This document shows, piece after piece, positions 35,539 through 41,173 of a stretch of DNA of 41,173 nt. Source of the DNA: an uncultured archaeon. GTDB taxonomy: Archaea; Altiarchaeota; Altiarchaeia; IMC4; QMZM01. Under the pieces are notes generated by a model, which saw only the letters and a list, made by a program, of their open reading frames with translations, searched no databases and was not told the DNA's origin. How positions within the stretch are numbered: position 1 is the first letter of the stretch; each line of letters opens with the position of its first letter. Location of the stretch: NCBI GenBank assembly GCA_964592095.1, contig CAZQER010000002.1, positions 1 through 41,173 of the forward strand. Direction: 5' to 3'. Both the position numbers and the translations under genes were made by a program.

Positions 35539-36468
35539 CTAATCCATAACCCCCCTTCCCGTTATCTTGAATACACACTCCCCCTCTGGAAGATTTGGGG
35601 AATCTATTAATTTGGCAATTCTCCGTTCCCCTTTACCCTTTCTGAGATATATTCTAAATGTTGCAGTATGTCCCACCACATGTCCACCAATGGGTTCGGT
35701 TGGATCGCCAAATAGAATATCGGGTCTTGCCATTACCTGATTTGTTACAACAACTGCAATATTATGGAGATCCGATATCTTTCGCTGCAGTAAATGAAGG
35801 AATCTGTTCAATTTTTGTTGCCTCTCAGCCAAACTTCCTCTTCCCGTGTATTCTGCTCTAAAGTGAGATGTTAGAGAATCAACAACCAATAATTTTGTAT
35901 TGTATTCCTCGGCAATTTCAGATGCCTTTTCTGCAAGAAGAATCTGGTGGTCTGAATTGTATGCCCTTGCTACCTGAATATTTTTTAATGCTTCATCACC
36001 ATCAATACCCTTTCCCTCGGCCATCTGTATTATCCTCTCGGGTCTGAATGTATTTTCTGTATCAATATATATTGCAGTTCCGTTCAACCCACCTCTCTTC
36101 ACTGGTAATTGAACATTTACTGAAAGTTGATGAGCAATTTGTGTTTTTCCAGAACCAAACTTTCCAAAGAGTTCTGTTATAGCCTGTGTTTCAATACCAC
36201 CCCCAAGAAGCGCATCCAATTCCTTACTACCCGTACTAAGTTTCCCAACTGCCTCCCTCCTCCTCTTGACATCCAAACCACTCTCAAAACCCATATCAAT
36301 ATTCTCCTGTGCATTATTGATTAATTTTATCGCTACTGCCTCTCCAAGCCCAACATCCTTTAATTGACCTATCGATGCCGTTGCAATTGATTCCACTGTG
36401 GAGAATCCAGCCTCTCTGAGTTTTTCTGCAACCTTTGTTCCTACGCCTGGTAAGTCTTCTATATTCAT
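35539..36468 (-). CDS. radA: DNA repair and recombination protein RadA
   Basis: It has an N-terminal HhH ([20 protein letters not shown]), Walker [10 protein letters not shown], Walker [13 protein letters not shown] and the C-terminal [18 protein letters not shown]. At 309 aa there is no intein. Confidence 0.92.
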   Translation of the reverse strand: MNIEDLPGVGTKVAEKLREAGFSTVESIATASIGQLKDVGLGEAVAIKLINNAQENIDMGFESGLDVKRRREAVGKLSTGSKELDALLGGGIETQAITELFGKFGSGKTQIAHQLSVNVQLPVKRGGLNGTAIYIDTENTFRPERIIQMAEGKGIDGDEALKNIQVARAYNSDHQILLAEKASEIAEEYNTKLLVVDSLTSHFRAEYTGRGSLAERQQKLNRFLHLLQRKISDLHNIAVVVTNQVMARPDILFGDPTEPIGGHVVGHTATFRIYLRKGKGERRIAKLIDSPNLPEGECVFKITGRGVMD

Positions 36469-36572
36469 TTTTATTAAATAATATTTGAGACATTACTTAA
36501 TTATTGGATTTAATTAGATTATTCTATTAGATTATTTAGATATTCGTAATTAAAAGAGAAATAGAAATTGAA

Positions 36573-38492
36573 TTACTCAGAATTCCTCCTTACTTTCTCC
36601 ATTCTCTCTATTACTTCATCACCCTCAATTAGTGAATATCTCAATACATCAACAAGATTGTCCGCAGTTATTATCTCTATCTTACCTTCATATTTCTTTT
36701 CTAAAAGGACGTCGTTTTTATTTGCCTTTGGGATGATTACCCTCTTCAGTCCTGCATCTATTGCAGCCTCTATCTTTTGAGTAACCCCACCAATGGGAAG
36801 AACCTCACCTCTGACTGTGAGAGAACCAGTCATTGCCACGCTCTGATCAACCTTAATATTCTTAAATGCAGAAATCATAGCCACAGCCACACTTACAGAT
36901 GCAGAATCACCCTCAACACCCTCATATGTCTGTAAAAATTGAACAAAGATATCATATTTCTCTTTGATATCCTCACCATACATCTTCATTATCACGGCAG
37001 AGACATTTTTAATTGCCTCCTTTGCTATATCGCCAAGTTTTCCCGTTGCAATAATCTCTGATTTCTTTCCACCAGGTGTCACTTCTGCCTCTATAGGTAG
37101 AACCGTTCCTCCTTCTCCAAGAACAGCCAGTCCATTAACCCTGCCTATTAAACCACCCTTTGTAATTAATATGTTGTATTCTCTCTTTCTATCCAAATAT
37201 ATATTACCTATCTGCTGTTCTAATGTCTTTGCAGATTTCTTCCCCTCTAAAACATCATCAGCAGTTACATATTTATGACCCTTCTCCTTTGCAATATCTC
37301 CAGATGCCCTTATAATTCCGCCAAGTTCTCTGAATCTTAGTGTTATTTTATTCTTCATGCCCGCTCTCCTCCTTGCCTCCCTGATTATCTCACCCACTGC
37401 ATCCCTAGTAAAGTGGGGTATTTTACCATCTTTTTCAACCTCCTGAGCAACAAACTGTACCAGTTTTTTCCTGTTCTCTTCAGTATCATCCATTATATCA
37501 TTCATATATATCTCATAACCATATCCCCTTATTCTTGACCTCAAAGCAGGATGCATATGTTGTATATCATTTATATTTCCAGAGGCAACAAGAATAAAAT
37601 CTGCAGGTACTGGATCAGTCATAACCATAGCCCCTGAACTCATCTCACTTCTACCAGTAATTGCCAGTTGTTTTTCTTGCATGGCAGTAAGTAAATCCTG
37701 CTGTGACCTACCTAATGTCGCTACTTCATCAATAAATAGAACACCCTTATTTGCCTTATGTATTAATCCAGAAACCACTCTTAAATGAGCAGGAGTTCCC
37801 AAACCACCACTCTGCAACGGGTCATGTTTTACATCTCCTAAAAGGGCACCTGCATGGGCACCAGTTCCATCATAGAATGGTGCCTTCTTTCTTGTTGTAT
37901 TATCAACAATCATCTTTGGTATATTATTTCCTGTATTGGATGCCATCATGAATCTGAAATTTAATCCAGATAAAAGGAAAAGAAGGAAACTCAATCCCAT
38001 GATTCCCAATGCAATCATCTGTAAGTCTGGTCTTATTAATGCAAAAACAAGTGCAGATAGAAAGATTAGAAATGGTAGAAAGAATTGATTCATATTCGGT
38101 CTTCTCGTAGCACCCAATCTCTCTCTTTCTCTCTTTATGATCTTAATACCCTCTCCTGCAGGCACAGTCTTTATCTTCGGGTTGTTTTCATCCTCGGGGT
38201 TTGGATATACCAGAATATCCACAAGCTCTTCACATGGTAACAATTCCGCCATTGCCATGGCAAGCATAGATTTCCCAGTACCTGGCTCACCAATCAGTAA
38301 TATATTTCTCCTCTGTTTTGCAGCCTTTTTTATTATATCAACTGCCTTATCCTGACCTATGACCTGATCTATGAGTCTCTTAGGAACCTTTATCTGATCA
38401 GTAGTTTTGAAATCACTCCAGGATTTCATCTTCATAATGTCTATCTTGCCCTTGCTATTTCTTGTTTTATTTACCTTATTTACTTGTTTCAT
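36573..38492 (-). CDS. lonB: archaeal membrane-bound Lon protease (LonB)
   Basis: Walker A is GEPGTGKS. Two TM helices are inserted in the AAA module (FFLPFLIFLSALVFALI, IALGIMGLSFLLFLLSGL). The protease domain has Ser in EGDSASVS and Lys in GGVTQKIEAA. Confidence 0.92.
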   Translation of the reverse strand: MKQVNKVNKTRNSKGKIDIMKMKSWSDFKTTDQIKVPKRLIDQVIGQDKAVDIIKKAAKQRRNILLIGEPGTGKSMLAMAMAELLPCEELVDILVYPNPEDENNPKIKTVPAGEGIKIIKRERERLGATRRPNMNQFFLPFLIFLSALVFALIRPDLQMIALGIMGLSFLLFLLSGLNFRFMMASNTGNNIPKMIVDNTTRKKAPFYDGTGAHAGALLGDVKHDPLQSGGLGTPAHLRVVSGLIHKANKGVLFIDEVATLGRSQQDLLTAMQEKQLAITGRSEMSSGAMVMTDPVPADFILVASGNINDIQHMHPALRSRIRGYGYEIYMNDIMDDTEENRKKLVQFVAQEVEKDGKIPHFTRDAVGEIIREARRRAGMKNKITLRFRELGGIIRASGDIAKEKGHKYVTADDVLEGKKSAKTLEQQIGNIYLDRKREYNILITKGGLIGRVNGLAVLGEGGTVLPIEAEVTPGGKKSEIIATGKLGDIAKEAIKNVSAVIMKMYGEDIKEKYDIFVQFLQTYEGVEGDSASVSVAVAMISAFKNIKVDQSVAMTGSLTVRGEVLPIGGVTQKIEAAIDAGLKRVIIPKANKNDVLLEKKYEGKIEIITADNLVDVLRYSLIEGDEVIERMEKVRRNSE

Positions 38493-38580
38493 TGTAAACT
38501 CAGAACGACCAGTTTCATTTATTAGAAATAGTTAAAATTATTCTAACAATATATTCTACGATATTAGATTTAAATATACT

Positions 38581-39483
38581 TTAAGGATAGATTATATAGA
38601 GTGTTGTGTTTGGTGAATTATCTAATTTTATTTTACTTCCATCAGCATTAATCCAATACCATTTTTCAGTCATGGCATCTACTGTTATTCTCATATAGAT
38701 GCAGGATGGGTTAAATTCCAATGCTCCTCCAGATGGACCGGATGTCCATGTCCAATGACCCATAGAAGGTGTTAGAGTACCTGAAATTGTGAAAATGGTT
38801 TTTGATGGTTTGTGTCCATCATAATGAAAATCTATATTTACGGTCCCACCACCATCCCCCGGCATACCATGTCTGAATACAAGGCTTATTGTTCCAGTAT
38901 CCTCATTGAGGTAGAGATACATTATTGAGTCTTCAGATTCCTCGGTAACATTTGGAAATGTGGTTTTTGGCATTTTCCCTCTAAAGGGTATAATCCTCCA
39001 TTCATTTTTTCCTTGTTTTAGATTATAATTTAGATTATCTTGAAGGCATACAGAATTCAAAATATTGCTAATCCTGATATTTGTAATATTTTCTATGAGA
39101 ATATTTGTGGTATTACCTTTGTATTTACACCTCTTCATAGTACAACCAATTCTCTGAGTGAATATTGGAGCAAACCAGTTAATTTTCCCACTTTTAATAA
39201 ATATAGATGGTTCGTCATTATGGAAATATATCTCATATTTTCCACCTCCATATATATCCTTCGGTAATATAATTTGATGTGAATGTCCACTGCCTACCAT
39301 TAAAATATCATTCATGTTTTCAGCTAAGCCGCTTATAATACGCTTTGCTACAATTTCCTTTTTGATATCTGTGATTATTACAAGTTTATGATAAAAAAGA
39401 TAACCAATTACTATTGATATTACTAAAATGATTGATAATGTTACCAGAAACTCTATACTTACCTGTGATTTTAAATCCTTCAT
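38581..39483 (-). CDS. pilin-like protein (class III signal peptide) with a ~260-aa C-terminal domain
   Basis: MKDLKS/QVSIEFLVTLSIILVISIVIGYLF has Q at +1 and E at +5. The start lies 1 nt after the stop of the upstream pilin gene, suggesting an operon. The C-terminal domain is unrecognised. Confidence 0.6.
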   Translation of the reverse strand: MKDLKSQVSIEFLVTLSIILVISIVIGYLFYHKLVIITDIKKEIVAKRIISGLAENMNDILMVGSGHSHQIILPKDIYGGGKYEIYFHNDEPSIFIKSGKINWFAPIFTQRIGCTMKRCKYKGNTTNILIENITNIRISNILNSVCLQDNLNYNLKQGKNEWRIIPFRGKMPKTTFPNVTEESEDSIMYLYLNEDTGTISLVFRHGMPGDGGGTVNIDFHYDGHKPSKTIFTISGTLTPSMGHWTWTSGPSGGALEFNPSCIYMRITVDAMTEKWYWINADGSKIKLDNSPNTTLYIIYP

Positions 39484-39484
39484 T

Positions 39485-39928
39485 TTATTTTACAGTAATC
39501 CTGATTCTATTATTTTTTATATGTTCAATCACCAAAATATAATCCCCAGGCCTACAATCTGGATTACATATTGCGTGTAGATTTGATGTTAGATTACCTC
39601 TTGTTACACCATAGATATCAGTATATGACTCACCAAAATGTGATGCTATAGAAAGCCTCATTCTTATTATATTCCCGTTCATATCAATTCTCTCTATATT
39701 ACCAGGTATAGTGATTCGTGCTTCTGTTTTAGACGGGTATCCATGCACATATACAAAATCGGATTTGTCTTTAATTATATCCACGGTTTTGTAGGCAGAA
39801 TCAATATTCATTTGAGTTGTTGATTCTATCATATATGACATTAGAGAATACAATATTACTGATAATAACAAAATTGCAAAGCTCACCAGTGCCAGGTATT
39901 CCAACATCGCCTGAGCATTATTTTTCAT
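39485..39928 (-). CDS. archaeal type IV pilin-like protein (class III signal peptide, DUF361-type)
   Basis: MKNNA/QAMLEYLALVSFAILLLSVILYSL. It is a paralog of 24701-25147 (see that feature). Confidence 0.65.
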   Translation of the reverse strand: MKNNAQAMLEYLALVSFAILLLSVILYSLMSYMIESTTQMNIDSAYKTVDIIKDKSDFVYVHGYPSKTEARITIPGNIERIDMNGNIIRMRLSIASHFGESYTDIYGVTRGNLTSNLHAICNPDCRPGDYILVIEHIKNNRIRITVK

Positions 39929-40028
39929 TATTTTATAAATATGTTTTATTGCTATTAAAGTTTTGTTTTTTCTTTTTCCCTCTATTTTACATTTTACAAT
40001 TATGTTAATGCAGTAATACTGTTATACT

Positions 40029-40556
40029 CTACACTGCAATTATCTTTATTTTCTTTCCAATTACTGGAACGAGCCTCTTGAGTTCTACTTCACTATTCTC
40101 TTTGATTATATATTCATTTATTGGTATATTCACAAGTTTGCCGTTCACTTCATAGATATAATATCCATCCCTTCCATCTACCGAATTTATATAAAAACCC
40201 TTATCTGACTCCTCGAACTCAATACCTGAGATATTGCTAAGTGCATCCTTAATTGTTGTTCCCTTTGGTACCTTGATAACAAAAGATTCCTCCAGATTCC
40301 AGAAATCTCCAAGTTTTCTTATATTCTCGATGTTTGCTTTTATAATATGTGACCTTCCCACCCTGATTCTCTCAACTAGACCAACACCCTCAAGAATTCT
40401 TATGTGTCTCAGAGCAACTGGAACTGATACACTTACCTTTTTGGCAATTGCAGATATGTGCATTTCCCTGTTTAATACTATCCTAAGCATTTCCCTCCTC
40501 TTCCTATTCCCAAGTGCTTTGAAAACATCATACATCTTGATATTAATTATTATCAA
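40029..40556 (-). CDS. ArsR-family wHTH regulator fused to a C-terminal DUF4430-like domain
   Basis: VFKALGNRKRREMLRIVL...MHISAIAKKVSVSVPVALRHIRILEGVGLVE is a classic ArsR/SmtB HTH. The C-terminal GTTIKDALSNISGIEFEESDKGFYINSVDGRDGYYIYEVNGKLVNIPINEYIIKENSEVEL resembles DUF4430. The likely true start is ATG at 40535 (MYDVFKALG), not the TTG at 40556. Confidence 0.65.
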   Translation of the reverse strand: MIIINIKMYDVFKALGNRKRREMLRIVLNREMHISAIAKKVSVSVPVALRHIRILEGVGLVERIRVGRSHIIKANIENIRKLGDFWNLEESFVIKVPKGTTIKDALSNISGIEFEESDKGFYINSVDGRDGYYIYEVNGKLVNIPINEYIIKENSEVELKRLVPVIGKKIKIIAV

Positions 40557-40585
40557 TTTTGATATTAATTATTATCAATTTTGAT
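40537..40585. promoter_or_regulatory. tandemly duplicated 22-bp palindromic operator candidate
   Basis: TTGATATTAATTATTATCAATT occurs at 40537-40558 and again at 40559-40580, then TTGAT at 40581-85. Each unit contains the inverted repeat TTGATA-N8-TATCAA. It lies between the divergent starts at 40535 (minus) and 40625 (plus). Confidence 0.6.
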
Positions 40586-40624
40586 TAGTTTTTAAATAAT
40601 TGATTTTATAATTAAAAATGTAAA

Positions 40625-41173
40625 ATGAAAAGGATTTTTATTCTCGCCTTTACACTTTTGTTGATTTGTAATGTGTGGGGGATAAAGGTTGGTGTAGTGG
40701 TTGAGTTTCCAGATGGAAAGTTGTGGTATAGATGCCTCAATGTGGAGGAAAATGAAGATGGTTACAGGCTTATGGAAAAGACTGGATTAAATCTGGAATG
40801 GAGTTACTACAATACTCTTGGTCATGCCCTGTGTAAGATAGAGAATACTGGATGTCCAGCATCTAATTGTTTTTGTAATGACAAATACTGGAATTTTTAC
40901 ACTGCAGGTATAGGTGATAGGGAATGGAGATATTCATCGGTTGGTTTTGATGGTGGCTCCTCATGCAATGAGCATTATTGTGCAAAGTATGGTGATTTGC
41001 TGGGATTTGCATATGGTGGATTTGGAACAAAACCTAAATTCTTTGAATTTAGAGATGTCTGTAGGAGTAATAAAAGGAGAAAGAATGAATTTAATGTTAT
41101 TTTTAATAATTCTGCATCGATTAATGAAATAATAAACATCAATGTATCTGATAAGAGAGATGGAAAAGGGATA
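40625..41173 (+). CDS. secreted Cys-rich protein with a DUF4430-like N-terminal region (partial, runs off the right edge)
   Basis: This ORF is not in the supplied track because no stop falls inside the window. I translated ATG at 40625 in frame to 41173 without a stop. The product reads MKRIFILAFTLLLICNVWG (signal peptide) IKVGVVVEFPDGKLWYRCLNV...GHALCKIENTGCPASNCFCNDKYWNFYTAG...EWRYSSVGFDGGSSCNEHYCAKYGDLLGFAYGG... Confidence 0.6.
   Translation, partial: MKRIFILAFTLLLICNVWGIKVGVVVEFPDGKLWYRCLNVEENEDGYRLMEKTGLNLEWSYYNTLGHALCKIENTGCPASNCFCNDKYWNFYTAGIGDREWRYSSVGFDGGSSCNEHYCAKYGDLLGFAYGGFGTKPKFFEFRDVCRSNKRRKNEFNVIFNNSASINEIININVSDKRDGKGI

Noticed and set aside
1-41173. Search for CRISPR arrays, IS elements or transposases, integrases, toxin-antitoxin pairs, rRNA, and inteins in radA, lonB and the AAA+ gene
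   Set aside because: I saw no regularly spaced 25-40-bp repeats and no transposase-, integrase- or Cas-like translations. RadA (309 aa) and LonB (639 aa) have normal intein-free lengths. The only GC-rich islands are the two tRNAs.

Overview
This is a 41-kb, AT-rich archaeal chromosomal segment. G+C looks like roughly one third by eye (not computed), and the two tRNAs are conspicuously GC-rich. Genes are densely packed, and many have a GGTGAT-type Shine-Dalgarno sequence with frequent GTG or TTG starts.

Recognisable housekeeping genes:
- aRF1, RadA and the membrane Lon protease LonB
- PheRS beta, present as two separate pieces
- the diphthamide genes dph2 and dphB
- archaeal cofactor-independent phosphoglycerate mutase, and acylphosphatase
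- acetolactate synthase large subunit
- a PiT phosphate transporter with a DUF47/PhoU-like partner
- a glycogen debranching enzyme, an iron-sulfur flavoprotein and a PfkB kinase
- a CPA2 antiporter, an Nre-type repair protein and a KaiC-like ATPase
- tRNA-Thr(UGU) and tRNA-Pro(GGG)

A second theme is cell surface. It includes a ~1000-aa Cys-rich S-layer-like protein and a 951-aa pilin-like vWA protein. There are also three further proteins with class III (type IV pilin-like) signal peptides, and several polytopic membrane proteins.

I found no CRISPR array, IS element, integrase, rRNA or recognisable defence genes.

Most noteworthy observations:
1. pheT is split into two genes 14.9 kb apart, an editing half and a core half.
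2. dph2 lacks its entire first domain.
3. A PEMT/ICMT-like methyltransferase has decayed through frameshifts.
4. A divergent gene pair looks like a small undescribed sensing or uptake module. It pairs an ArsR-wHTH fused to a DUF4430-like domain with a secreted Cys-rich DUF4430-like protein. A tandemly duplicated 22-bp palindromic operator lies between them.
5. An atypical tandem AAA+ protein carries three perfect 47-64-nt intragenic repeats between its two ATPase modules.
6. A perfect 17-nt tandem duplication is translated in two frames inside the TM helix of a membrane-tethered wHTH protein next to the S-layer gene.

All family assignments come from reading motifs in the supplied translations. 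No database search was run.
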